IMG/VR virus record: IMGVR_UViG_3300025141_000047
Coordinates: 1 to 64,000 of that record
Source: a virus
Length of the DNA stretch: 64,000 nt
Direction: 5' to 3' (one strand)
Shown here: positions 38,235 through 47,606 of the stretch, one piece after another
How positions within the stretch are numbered: the first letter of the stretch is position 1
Layout: each line of letters starts with the position of its first letter
Position numbers and translations under genes: made by a program
The notes under the pieces: model-generated
Database searches by the model: none
What the model was told of the DNA's origin: nothing
What the model saw: the letters and a program-made list of their open reading frames with translations, nothing else

Positions 38235-39482
38235 TCACAACCCCACCAACTGTTCGACTGGCGCAAGTTGTAGTTGATATTCCCATACCGAAGCCCCCGC
38301 TTCATAACCTGGATCAAAAGACTGAACTACAACAGGAATCGCAACTCCTTGCCGCAAAAATGGATTAGGTCGAACTGGTTTGTTGTTGATAATATCCACT
38401 GGGTCATACTGTTCAGTATTTGATTCAGCCGAATGATCGGTTCCAGGTCCAGCAGGTATCAAAAATTGCCTCAACTCTTTATTCCCTGATGTTGAAGCAA
38501 TAAGCGTTTCATAGGGGATTCTCACACCAATGATGTATTTTTTTACAGACTTTGCTTGGTCTATTCTCAAAAATTGGGATGAATCAAAAGAAGCGATAGA
38601 ATCTGGTAAATCAATTAACGAACCTGTCAAAACCTGTGGGCTAATCAAAGCACCACCAGCACTTGGGTTTGTAATTGAGTTGATGAGATCTTGTAATTTA
38701 TCCCCTTTTGTCATTTTAACTCCCGTCACGCCACCAGACATATTGCTTACAAAGAATTGCGAATCCCATGATGTTTTGTTGCCGTCTTTCGTCATTTGCA
38801 CTACTGTTGATGTGTTGCCACCAGAACCAGTTGCTACATTGGAAACTGTGATGTGTTCATTTGAATAAGTTCCCGTTGAACCCGTTTGATTTTGATATGA
38901 TACAGCCGCAGCCTGTCCCGCTTTTGTTGAAACAGCCACTTCTGTTGTTAAAGCCACCGTTGCAGTATCAACTTTGATGTTTGCAGCGTTTAACGCATTT
39001 ACAATTGCTGTTGAAAGTGTTGAGGTATTGGTGGTTGATGAATAATCAACATAAACAATGCTTTGGGTTGCTACAACACTTGACAAAGCACCATTATTCA
39101 AAATGATTTCAACAGATTCACCGAGATCGGCATCAATTTGCCCCTTTGTTTGAAACTTAATTGTAGCACCATGCAATTTTGGTTTTATTGTAGTCCAATT
39201 AACCCCGTATGAATTAAACCATGAAGTCGCCCCTGCGCTTCCAAAAGAAAGAGATAAGTCCATTGACATTTCAGCAGAAGAACTTCCTGTGGCTTGTTCA
39301 TCATCTGTAATGATCCCATCTATAACAATCGCAACTGAGGGTTGGTTCAAATCCAATGCGGCACGTGTAGCCAAAAGAGGGATTTGATGAACCAAAACGT
39401 TTCTTTGAATTGAAATCCCAATGTTTGTTGCTTCGAGTTCAATAATTGTGCTATCTCTTTTGATAAGTTGAATCATTGGCAT
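38235..39482 (-). CDS. distal tail (Dit-like) protein with insertion
   Basis: Immediately downstream of the TMP; C-terminal VVQSFDPGYEAG...WEYQLQL. Confidence 0.5.
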   Translation of the reverse strand: MPMIQLIKRDSTIIELEATNIGISIQRNVLVHQIPLLATRAALDLNQPSVAIVIDGIITDDEQATGSSSAEMSMDLSLSFGSAGATSWFNSYGVNWTTIKPKLHGATIKFQTKGQIDADLGESVEIILNNGALSSVVATQSIVYVDYSSTTNTSTLSTAIVNALNAANIKVDTATVALTTEVAVSTKAGQAAAVSYQNQTGSTGTYSNEHITVSNVATGSGGNTSTVVQMTKDGNKTSWDSQFFVSNMSGGVTGVKMTKGDKLQDLINSITNPSAGGALISPQVLTGSLIDLPDSIASFDSSQFLRIDQAKSVKKYIIGVRIPYETLIASTSGNKELRQFLIPAGPGTDHSAESNTEQYDPVDIINNKPVRPNPFLRQGVAIPVVVQSFDPGYEAGASVWEYQLQLAPVEQLVGL

Positions 39483-39483
39483 C

Positions 39484-40911
39484 TCAAATCACCCCTCTTG
39501 TAAAGTTCCCGCCTCTTGAACGGTTTCTCATAATTTTACTCACTTCATCGCTAACGGCCTTTGCGATCTCCTTAGCGTTTCCTCCGCCACTTACATTGAT
39601 GGTGATATTATTTGTGCTTGATGAACCGCCGCCTACATCTCCCTTGATTGATACAGGGATTGTTCGACCATCTGGAAGTGGAACAACTGCCTCCGTTCCG
39701 TGTAGCGTGACTGGATAACCGCTTTTCGGACCACTTGCTACTCCCCCATCATTGAATCCCAAGAAATCGGCAGCACCGCCGATCATATCTCCGCCCCATT
39801 CAAGAGCCTCCGAGATTCCATCTAAAATCCATTCAATTGCCTCGATAATTGGGTCTAAAATTGTCATGATGGCATCCATAGCAACACTGAAATAAGGCGA
39901 TAGCCAATCAATAAGAGCCATAATAGACTTCATTACCACTGAGAGAATGCCTGTGATGATGCGAACAATAGGCTCAAGGAATGAAAATACGGCAGAAACA
40001 AAACGAATCAAAGGTGGGGCTAATTTTGCCCATACCTGAATAAAAATTGATATTACGCTCGCAAATAAAACTGCGATTACCCCTCCAATCACAGCAATGT
40101 ATTCAATAGCAAGGACAGCAAAATCAATGATGCCGCTATCAAAAAGAAAATCAACCATTGCATCAATTGTGTTTTCAATACCTTTGATTAAATCATCCAT
40201 TGTAAGCCCAGTGCTTTTGAAGGCGTTCATTATGATCCCTAAAGCCATGCCAACAAGACCAAAAAAAGTCCCGAAAGCATCAACAATTCTTTGAAGCATA
40301 CCCGCTTCATCCATGCGGGTGACAATATCTCCGATCCCCGTCAATACTGCCGCAATGAATGTGAAGTATAGAACTATGATGTTTGAAAGGAAAACAAAAA
40401 TGCCTTCTAAAAACGGTATAAATGCCCCTGCCGACGCTTCAAAGTCAATACCCCCTACTGCATCAATAACTGCCCCTATTGCATCCATAAAAGCATCAAT
40501 AACGCCCTTTCCCGCTTCAATTACAGAACCGAATGCAGCGAAGGCCGACTCACCCCCTCCAAACGATTTTGTGAGGATAAAAATTGCCGCCCCAACCAAT
40601 GCAAAAGCACCCAGAACAAAAATCATAATTGTGTTTATTGAAGTGAAAGCCTTCAAAACACCTGAGACTGGTTTTAGCAATAGGTCGGTTGCTTTACCCA
40701 ATTTTTCAGTGACCTCTCCAACTTCCTCGAACACGTCTGTTATCGTTTCAGCCGTGTTTTTCAAATCCACATATTTTCGATAAAACGGACCCAGTGTTTT
40801 GTTAATCAATTTATATTTGACGTTGAGAATGTTTAGTGATTTACCTTGCTCTTTAGCAAGTGTATTCATTTTGGATTGTGCCGATAAGAATTTATTCATC
40901 TCGTCGCTCAT
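39484..40911 (-). CDS. tail tape measure protein
   Basis: Long amphipathic/hydrophobic helices; C-terminal GGVASGP...HGTEAVVPL; follows the chaperone. Confidence 0.8.
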   Translation of the reverse strand: MSDEMNKFLSAQSKMNTLAKEQGKSLNILNVKYKLINKTLGPFYRKYVDLKNTAETITDVFEEVGEVTEKLGKATDLLLKPVSGVLKAFTSINTIMIFVLGAFALVGAAIFILTKSFGGGESAFAAFGSVIEAGKGVIDAFMDAIGAVIDAVGGIDFEASAGAFIPFLEGIFVFLSNIIVLYFTFIAAVLTGIGDIVTRMDEAGMLQRIVDAFGTFFGLVGMALGIIMNAFKSTGLTMDDLIKGIENTIDAMVDFLFDSGIIDFAVLAIEYIAVIGGVIAVLFASVISIFIQVWAKLAPPLIRFVSAVFSFLEPIVRIITGILSVVMKSIMALIDWLSPYFSVAMDAIMTILDPIIEAIEWILDGISEALEWGGDMIGGAADFLGFNDGGVASGPKSGYPVTLHGTEAVVPLPDGRTIPVSIKGDVGGGSSSTNNITINVSGGGNAKEIAKAVSDEVSKIMRNRSRGGNFTRGVI

Positions 40912-40912
40912 T

Positions 40913-41287
40913 TTATCCCTCCATCACTTTTTGGTTATGCCTCTCGAAGAAATCATCCATTCCTTCACCATCGCTCGTTGTGCGTATGGGTTGCCCCTTA
41001 TTGCCTCTTCCATGCTTCATTTGCCTTTCAGCCTGTTTCTTCATGCGTTCAATCATCTCCGCCTTCTTGTCGTTAGCGGCTCTAACGATCATATAATCAA
41101 GCATTACACGGTCTGGGGGTTGTTCATCCCAAAAATGAGGGGGGCATCCAAAATGTGTTCCAAGACTGAATGTGATGGCTTGATAAGAAAGAATTGTTGC
41201 CTGTTGAGCATTTAGTGTGGGGCGTTCCTCTTCGGATAAATCCTCATCAAGAAACCCTACTAAATCCTCATAGGTTAATCCAAAGGG
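40913..41287 (-). CDS. tail assembly chaperone -1 frameshift extension (gpT-like)
   Basis: -1 frame is open from the slippery site CCCTTTG (41287-41281): FGLTYEDLVGFL...MLDYMIVR...VMEG. Confidence 0.75.
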   Translation of the reverse strand, partial: PFGLTYEDLVGFLDEDLSEEERPTLNAQQATILSYQAITFSLGTHFGCPPHFWDEQPPDRVMLDYMIVRAANDKKAEMIERMKKQAERQMKHGRGNKGQPIRTTSDGEGMDDFFERHNQKVMEG

Positions 41288-41631
41288 CTTACACCACCCG
41301 CAAACTGCCCGATGATGTCATTTAAATCGGGGAGAACGGTCTTGACAATTGCGCCAACTTCTGGTGTGAGATTTAAAAGATCGGCTTTTGAAAGTGCAGG
41401 TTCGGTTTTTTGGATGCAAGTTGAAAATACATACTTCCAATAGCCGCCCAAATCAATAGTTGGTGCAACTTCACCATCAGCATTCGTGGCGAATGAAACA
41501 AATTGCGACATTGCTTCTTGTTGCGCCACCCATGAAAGGGGTTTGACAAAAACAACCAAAGTTCCGACAGGGGTTTCAAGTTCGTGTCGAATCGGCGTGT
41601 TGCTCAAAACAAAAGGATTATTCTTCTGCAT
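41275..41631 (-). CDS. tail assembly chaperone (gpG-like)
   Basis: Between tail tube and TMP; ends AGC CCT TTG GAT TAA; start ATG 41631 with GAGGA RBS. Confidence 0.75.
   Translation of the reverse strand: MQKNNPFVLSNTPIRHELETPVGTLVVFVKPLSWVAQQEAMSQFVSFATNADGEVAPTIDLGGYWKYVFSTCIQKTEPALSKADLLNLTPEVGAIVKTVLPDLNDIIGQFAGGVSPLD
41281..41287 (-). promoter_or_regulatory. programmed -1 ribosomal frameshift heptamer C CCT TTG
   Basis: X XXY YYZ in the correct frame, with a single codon between it and the stop. Confidence 0.75.
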
Positions 41632-41968
41632 AATCCTCAACCACTTCTTCTTCTTCTTCAACTTCTTCTGGAGAATCATGTTCAAGCAAACGTGCAATCA
41701 ATTCATCCTTCTTTCCAGATACGGTCAAATCTCGATTTGTTAATTCAACTCGGAGTTCAGTGACGGTCATTGCATCCCATCGGTTTGTTTCAACTTCTTT
41801 GAGGGGGGCAGGTTCGCCCCGAACTGATACTGCAAGGTCGGGAATTGATGTGTGAACTTTCACATCATCAGCCGATAAACCAGGTCCCGCTTTTACAGAA
41901 ACCCCGTCAATTCGCCAGTCCAAACTTACTCTTTTTCCATCAACATTTACTGTCCCTGTCAATCGCAT
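41618..41968 (-). CDS. SAP-domain protein
   Basis: WDAMTVTELRVELTNRDLTVSGKKDELIARL. Confidence 0.75.
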   Translation of the reverse strand: MRLTGTVNVDGKRVSLDWRIDGVSVKAGPGLSADDVKVHTSIPDLAVSVRGEPAPLKEVETNRWDAMTVTELRVELTNRDLTVSGKKDELIARLLEHDSPEEVEEEEEVVEDYAEE

Positions 41969-41992
41969 TATATTCACCGTTGCATTCTTTTG

Positions 41993-42004
41993 TCTTAAAG
42001 CCTC
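41993..42004 (-). promoter_or_regulatory. putative TATA-box promoter (GAGGCTTTAAGA)
   Basis: First T lies 31 nt upstream of ATG 41968. Confidence 0.55.
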
Positions 42005-42008
42005 ATCA

Positions 42009-44192
42009 TCAAAGCGTGAAATAAGGCGAGTTCTCCGAAACTTTGAGGTGTCGAACTGCCAGTTCCACTTGAACAATTACCGCCCCTTTGTCTTCTGGGA
42101 CTTGATGATCGGCTTTAACAATCGTATAATCCTCAATGGTAATTGTAGCATTTTCACGTGTGCTATTGCTTCCACGCTTTTTCATGCTCAATGTAATGTC
42201 ATTTGTGTTTTGATGATGCTTCCGTGTGCGAATCTGTTCCCACAGTTGGTCATCCTCAATCATTGCGCTAAAAGAAAAGGTGTATTCTCGTTGCGCTTCT
42301 GTAATGTCAAGAGGCATTTGAACAGCACCAAGTTGGACTTGATCTGTATCAACAGTATTGCCCTCATAGCCTCGAATAAAATGTCGTGCTTGATTCCCAT
42401 TAGCGATGCTAAACTCAACCTGTGTTGCTCTCAATACAGGTCGCCCAAATACTTCAAAACTCAAGTCTTGGAACAGATATGGCTTTTCACCATTGACAGC
42501 AATACCTGATGCTTTCCTGTTAATTGCTGAATTTGCAGTATTCTCAAACATTCGGTGAGGGGTGAAAACATTTGCCGTGTCGGTATAATGTCGGCCACCC
42601 TCATAATCAACCTGCAATTTGACTTCGCCCTCAGTATTTGCACTAAATCCGATTTGTTGCACTTTGCATCCATTGTAAAGACGTAGCAGTTGGTTAGAAC
42701 CAGGTGTTGCGTTATCCCTGCGGAACGATTGCTCAATCATGAAAGTTGGAAGCGAGGTATCTCCAAAGAGGGTGTGTTCAACGCCAAATTGGAGTTCTTT
42801 TGTTGTTCCATCAATGTTTGGACTCCCTCTTGAATCTGTTGCGGTGTATTGGAGTCTTTCAACGCCAGCCGATCCAACGGCGTGAGCGAAAAAGAAAGGT
42901 TCTTCAATATACACAAATGCACCACTTACTGCAATTACACGGCGAATCTCATTCTTGAATACAGTCGGCAACGTGTCGTCTTGGCCTGGAATTGTATGCG
43001 TGTCTTTGTCAATAATTTGGATATAATCACCTGCGGCAAACTTTCCAGCGATTGTTGCGCCGAGATTTACTCGCACATCTCTTCGAGCGATTGCAGCAGC
43101 GAGAGGTGCAAGGAGATAAACGGTATTCCCTGCTACTACTGCTCTTGCTAATGCGCCAGTATCAATATCTGCCGCCCCTGTTAAATTTAGTAAGGTAATC
43201 CCCGTATATGACCCAAACAAAACATCGCCTGTGCTGCTTAGGGTTTTGAATATCCCTCCATTTGCAGCATCAACCGATACGTGGGTATCGGATGGAATGT
43301 CGGTGAGAAGTGTAATCACACTTGCTGCATCTGTTGAAGTGTTGGTCTTTGCCCCAACAAGAACATGATCTCCCGAAACCAAATTGCTTGTTCCTGTCAA
43401 AGTGCTTGCAGAAACAGCACTAAGGGAATCCGTATCGCCTGTCCCGTATTGCTGTGCTTGATACACTTTAGTTGCGGCAGCGATGTTAAGCGGTTGTTCT
43501 CCGCCTGTAATGCCGCCTGAGCCATCGGAAAGCGTGACAAATTCGCCCTTGCTCTTTGCTACGTGTCCTCCAAGAGCGTATTTCATCCACCTAAAGGTGT
43601 GAGCGTTAAGGGCAAATGAACCGCCAGCAAGGGTTTCTTTACCACTTGTAAGGACATTTACATCTCGACCCATGCCGATGATGTGTTGTTTGCGAACATC
43701 AATCTCAGGCTCAGGGAGGGAGAAGTTGTCAAGAAGTCCAAAGAATTGATCGGTCTTGACCTGTTGCGCTGCATCAGTCATAGCCGATTCAAAAGTTGGA
43801 GATCGTAGTGAATCAAGAATAAGCAAATCGGATGCGGCGGCATTAGTCGCTGTGGCCGTCACTAATGCGGGTTGAACGGTGATTGTTCCAGCCGTAGTAT
43901 TGTTGGCAATCACATAATAAGTGCGCTTTGTTGAAGCATGGTCATCCGATGTAAAGGCACTTCCACCTGTAATCCTCAAAATACAACCAACAAGGGCGTT
44001 ATCTGGGATTTCAACATCAGTTCCACTTCCTGTATGCCAATAATTTGCCGTTCCAATGGTGATAAGGCTTGTATTGCCCGATTTAGAAGTGTGAGTCCAG
44101 CCCGTTGCTGCCCCATCACCAGTCGCCATCAATCCTGTTTCTTTACCCCACGATACTTCGGCAATGTCGCCCTTGTAAATTGTTCCAACCAT
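42009..44192 (-). CDS. major tail tube protein with inserted domains
   Basis: PTFMIEQ, YNGCKVQQIGFS, PYLF, FSIAN, REYTFSF tube-like motifs; position. Confidence 0.7.
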   Translation of the reverse strand: MVGTIYKGDIAEVSWGKETGLMATGDGAATGWTHTSKSGNTSLITIGTANYWHTGSGTDVEIPDNALVGCILRITGGSAFTSDDHASTKRTYYVIANNTTAGTITVQPALVTATATNAAASDLLILDSLRSPTFESAMTDAAQQVKTDQFFGLLDNFSLPEPEIDVRKQHIIGMGRDVNVLTSGKETLAGGSFALNAHTFRWMKYALGGHVAKSKGEFVTLSDGSGGITGGEQPLNIAAATKVYQAQQYGTGDTDSLSAVSASTLTGTSNLVSGDHVLVGAKTNTSTDAASVITLLTDIPSDTHVSVDAANGGIFKTLSSTGDVLFGSYTGITLLNLTGAADIDTGALARAVVAGNTVYLLAPLAAAIARRDVRVNLGATIAGKFAAGDYIQIIDKDTHTIPGQDDTLPTVFKNEIRRVIAVSGAFVYIEEPFFFAHAVGSAGVERLQYTATDSRGSPNIDGTTKELQFGVEHTLFGDTSLPTFMIEQSFRRDNATPGSNQLLRLYNGCKVQQIGFSANTEGEVKLQVDYEGGRHYTDTANVFTPHRMFENTANSAINRKASGIAVNGEKPYLFQDLSFEVFGRPVLRATQVEFSIANGNQARHFIRGYEGNTVDTDQVQLGAVQMPLDITEAQREYTFSFSAMIEDDQLWEQIRTRKHHQNTNDITLSMKKRGSNSTRENATITIEDYTIVKADHQVPEDKGAVIVQVELAVRHLKVSENSPYFTL

Positions 44193-44202
44193 TTTTAATT
44201 CC

Positions 44203-44643
44203 TCATATTATTGTTTCTAAAGCATCGGCAAATGTAATCACTTCGGCTTGCATTGTGTATCTAAAGAACCTCTTGCTACGGTCCGACAAATCGGTTCTCG
44301 TCTTGAAGATAACCCTATCAAAGTCGTTATTGTTGCCCTTTCTGTGTTTATGAATGATGCGCCGAACCTCGTCACGGAGGGCGGCAAGTCGCTCTCGACT
44401 CTTGACAGTGCGTATGTCAATGGTGAGATTGACGTTGATATTCACAAAATCAAATAGCAGTTCTGGTTGCGCTTCATTATGAGCCGTTTCAAAAATACGG
44501 ATTACATCATGGTCTTGAAGTCGCCCTCTTTTACCCTCTCCACGATCCAATACCGTAATGTCCTCAATAGAAGGTTTTGGCGATACATTCCAGTTGGAAT
44601 CCAACAAATCACGTATGGCGAGTAAAGCATCCTTAGCCATCAC
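44203..44643 (-). CDS. putative tail terminator/completion protein
   Basis: Size and position; LTIDIRT...RDEVRRII. Confidence 0.55.
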   Translation of the reverse strand: MMAKDALLAIRDLLDSNWNVSPKPSIEDITVLDRGEGKRGRLQDHDVIRIFETAHNEAQPELLFDFVNINVNLTIDIRTVKSRERLAALRDEVRRIIHKHRKGNNNDFDRVIFKTRTDLSDRSKRFFRYTMQAEVITFADALETII

Positions 44644-44900
44644 ATCAACCCCAATGTTCTTTTCAAGTCTTCATCCACTTTCCTCTTGTAAGGGCTTGAT
44701 TTTGACAATATATCCACATTTTGGTCAATATCCTCATCATCCATTTCGATGCCATCAGCCTCAGCCATTTTGACCTCACGATCTTTAACCTGTTCTCGAT
44801 ATTTGGGTTCACCTTTGATAGCAGCCTCAGTTGAACGGGCTATATTTTTGAAAGAATTGGAAAGTTCTTTCATATACATTTGCATGAATATAAACAGCAT
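44640..44900 (-). CDS. hypothetical protein (neck region)
   Basis: Coupled ORF in the structural operon. Confidence 0.55.
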   Translation of the reverse strand: MLFIFMQMYMKELSNSFKNIARSTEAAIKGEPKYREQVKDREVKMAEADGIEMDDEDIDQNVDILSKSSPYKRKVDEDLKRTLGLM

Positions 44901-46481
44901 TTAACCACCCATACCTGCAACAATAATTGTTTCTTGATAAGGAATTAACATTCGTTTGACCTCTTCATCCAACTTTTGCACTTTTGCATTGAGATCAATG
45001 TTGCTTGTTCCTTCTGGGAAAAGAACGGTATAATCATCGGTGAGGTATATATCCATGCAAACCATTTTGATGCACACTTCTTTGATTACCTTATCCAAAT
45101 ATCGCTCGCCAAAAATATAAGACACTTTGATTGAATGGTTTTCATAGAATGGATATTGATTGTTGAACATGATTGCCCCGTTATCCTCCATAGCCCACCA
45201 ATCCTTTTGACGGGCTTCATCTATGATGTCGGTTTTGAATCGAAGTTGTTTGATTACAATATCAGTTGCTAAATTTGTAGTGAAATCAGTCACCAGTTGT
45301 TCTTGAACCGTGAATACATTCCCTACACGGCTACATCTGGCAACGTATGTTGTCCCACCAGTGGTATAAAACACCAGTCCTTCCCGTTCACCAAAGGTGC
45401 TTGCATCGGCTACGGTGAAATTTGAACCTGCAACATTGGTTATAGCACTTTGAGGGTCATGGACCAATGAGAACTCGAAAGCATCAGGGTCATTTGTAGC
45501 GATGGTTGAATCCTCACCTTCTTCTGTTGAACGCATGGATGAGATCGTGACGAACCCATCTCCTTCATCGCTGTTGGCGGTTGCTAAATACTCATTATCA
45601 ACATTGAGTTGTTTGCTATTTTCTTGTAGCGTTCCTATCGCAATATCGCCACGCCCTGTGGCTGTGTCTTTGTTAATGAGGTTAGCAATGTTTTGTGCGG
45701 TTGTTTTATGCCCAAAATCCCCATCCCACGTGGTTGAAGTCTTTCCACGTTGCAGCGTAGCCGTGTGAGCCACACCAGGACATAGAAACAACTTATTTGA
45801 AGCGGCTATTGAATTTGGTTTGACTTCAAACTTAGCAATTGACGACCCCAATTCACGGTATTTATCGCCTTGCCAAACGCTCAAACGAAGGATGCGTTGA
45901 ATCGCCCTGTGGCGAAGATAAACTGCGCCCACATAATCAGTGTAGTATCTCCTTCGATATGGCTTGAATGTTGTAAAGTTGTAATACTGATCAGCCGCTA
46001 TGTGTGGCCTCCAATTTTGACGACAAACAGTATCTATGTAATCCTGTTTTTCACGGATAAGCGTTTCAACTTGAGATTTGGTTAAACCTCGCTCTTTGCT
46101 ATTGGTGATTGCCGAATTGATTTGTATTTGTGCGCTATTGGCGGTGGTGAATGCTTCGCTGGCTATTTGCTCAACAACAACATTGACATTGCCACTACTG
46201 CCGCTTTCAACGCTCAATACAGTGTAAGTGTCGCCAAGCGCATTTGCATCATCATAAACAGTAATTGAGGTGTCCTTCTCAATTTTCCAACGCCTGTAAT
46301 TTGCACCAGTTATCGGCAATTTCAAATTGTCGCCATCAACGATGCTATCGGCGGATAATGCAATTGGATCGGGAAGTGGTAATTGAAGAAAATTTGCTAT
46401 GTCATCAACGCTGCAATAAACCAACTCTTCAGGAAACAATGGCGAACTTGGCCTATGTCCTGGATTGTAAATTTCTGGCAA
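44901..46481 (-). CDS. head-tail adaptor (gp6/gp15-like) with large insertion
   Basis: YCSVDDIANFL N-terminus; IKVSYIFG...IKEVCIKMV C-terminus. Confidence 0.6.
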   Translation of the reverse strand: MPEIYNPGHRPSSPLFPEELVYCSVDDIANFLQLPLPDPIALSADSIVDGDNLKLPITGANYRRWKIEKDTSITVYDDANALGDTYTVLSVESGSSGNVNVVVEQIASEAFTTANSAQIQINSAITNSKERGLTKSQVETLIREKQDYIDTVCRQNWRPHIAADQYYNFTTFKPYRRRYYTDYVGAVYLRHRAIQRILRLSVWQGDKYRELGSSIAKFEVKPNSIAASNKLFLCPGVAHTATLQRGKTSTTWDGDFGHKTTAQNIANLINKDTATGRGDIAIGTLQENSKQLNVDNEYLATANSDEGDGFVTISSMRSTEEGEDSTIATNDPDAFEFSLVHDPQSAITNVAGSNFTVADASTFGEREGLVFYTTGGTTYVARCSRVGNVFTVQEQLVTDFTTNLATDIVIKQLRFKTDIIDEARQKDWWAMEDNGAIMFNNQYPFYENHSIKVSYIFGERYLDKVIKEVCIKMVCMDIYLTDDYTVLFPEGTSNIDLNAKVQKLDEEVKRMLIPYQETIIVAGMGG

Positions 46482-46494
46482 CGATTATCCCCCC

Positions 46495-46881
46495 TTAATC
46501 ATGGAGGGTAATTGGGGGCTTGCCGCCCTTTCCTCGCTTCATGTGTTTGATTGCGTTTCTTCGAGTTGGGCATGACGACAAAGGAACATCTGGGCTTGGG
46601 CAAGCCATAGGGTCCCCATGACATACTGGGCAATCGCCAAACTTCATCAATTCCCATGATGCCTCAAAAATAGATTTTCTCATAGATGCTTCATCAGGGT
46701 CGTATTCAGGCGATTTTCCGCCGTCATAAGGTGGCCTTTTTTGAGGTTTAGGATTGTCATAAGGAGATGGAGGTTTTTCTTTTGGCTTATACTCAGGGTG
46801 AGGGTTAGATCCATCACGGTATGGTTCGCTTTTTTTATCATCTGGTCGTTTTTTGGGGTCGGGGGTGTAAGGATTGCTCAT
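46495..46881 (-). CDS. Pro/Lys-rich tagged protein with Cys cluster
   Basis: PY repeats; SIFEASWELMKFG; CPVC...C...C. Confidence 0.65.
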   Translation of the reverse strand: MSNPYTPDPKKRPDDKKSEPYRDGSNPHPEYKPKEKPPSPYDNPKPQKRPPYDGGKSPEYDPDEASMRKSIFEASWELMKFGDCPVCHGDPMACPSPDVPLSSCPTRRNAIKHMKRGKGGKPPITLHD

Positions 46882-47192
46882 TGATGGTGTCCTCCTAAGT
46901 TGTAATACATCGCTTCTCCACATACGGCACATTCAGGAGTCCAACAGAAGTGAAGCATCCCACACGCAATACAGCGTGTTCCTGAGCCAATGTTTTGAAT
47001 ATCCTGTGCTTGTTGTTTTGTGACCTTAACAAACGTAGTCCCTGCACGATCCATGTTCTCTTTGCTGAATGGTGAATCATCCTCAGCAATTGATCCTTGA
47101 GTTGTGGCTATCTCAAACATTCGAGAGTTCCTTCGCTTCTTAATCTCAAGCGAAGTATCGAGGTCCATTTCGCCTACTTCAAGTCTTGGCAT
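46878..47192 (-). CDS. Zn-ribbon protein
   Basis: CIACG...CAVCG. Confidence 0.7.
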   Translation of the reverse strand: MPRLEVGEMDLDTSLEIKKRRNSRMFEIATTQGSIAEDDSPFSKENMDRAGTTFVKVTKQQAQDIQNIGSGTRCIACGMLHFCWTPECAVCGEAMYYNLGGHHQ

Positions 47193-47206
47193 GGGGTATT
47201 TCCCCC

Positions 47207-47557
47207 TCATGCACGTGCGCCAGTAATCGTGACACGAAGGATAATGCCTGTTCCAGCCGTAATATCTCCTGAAAGGTTGAGTCCTGTTGCTTCAACAAGT
47301 GCGACATTTGCACCGCCACCATCAGCAGGATCGGTTTGGGCATAAGCCTTGATTTTGCTATTTGCACGATCATACTCAAACACATATCCTCCTGTGTTTT
47401 CAATTTGAATCAATTCTGCGTTTCCGACCCAATCTGTTGCTGCGAATGCAATTCCGCCAGCATCCCATGTAGTGTCATCTGTTGCGACTTTAAGCGAAAC
47501 CGTCAAGCGGTTTCCTGTCACATTTGTTCTGCCTATTTGTTCTGTTTCAACGGCCAT
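47207..47557 (-). CDS. putative minor virion protein
   Basis: Beta-rich; head-gene cluster; GAGGA RBS. Confidence 0.55.
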   Translation of the reverse strand: MAVETEQIGRTNVTGNRLTVSLKVATDDTTWDAGGIAFAATDWVGNAELIQIENTGGYVFEYDRANSKIKAYAQTDPADGGGANVALVEATGLNLSGDITAGTGIILRVTITGARA

Positions 47558-47579
47558 GTTTATTCCTCAGTGTGTCTTT

Positions 47580-47590
47580 GTTTATATCCC
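47580..47590 (-). promoter_or_regulatory. putative TATA-box promoter (GGGATATAAAC)
   Basis: Intergenic ATATAAA about 30 nt upstream of ATG 47557. Confidence 0.4.
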
Positions 47591-47606
47591 TTTTCATAAA
47601 AAATGC

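Noticed and set aside
23287-38317. Diversity-generating retroelement targeting tail proteins
   Set aside because: No reverse transcriptase and no TR/VR-like nucleotide repeat seen. The LamG copies are diverged at protein level.
41632-42076. Long N-terminal extensions of ORFs 41275-41697 and 41618-42076 given in the track
   Set aside because: They overlap upstream genes. Better starts with an RBS or promoter are at 41631 and 41968.
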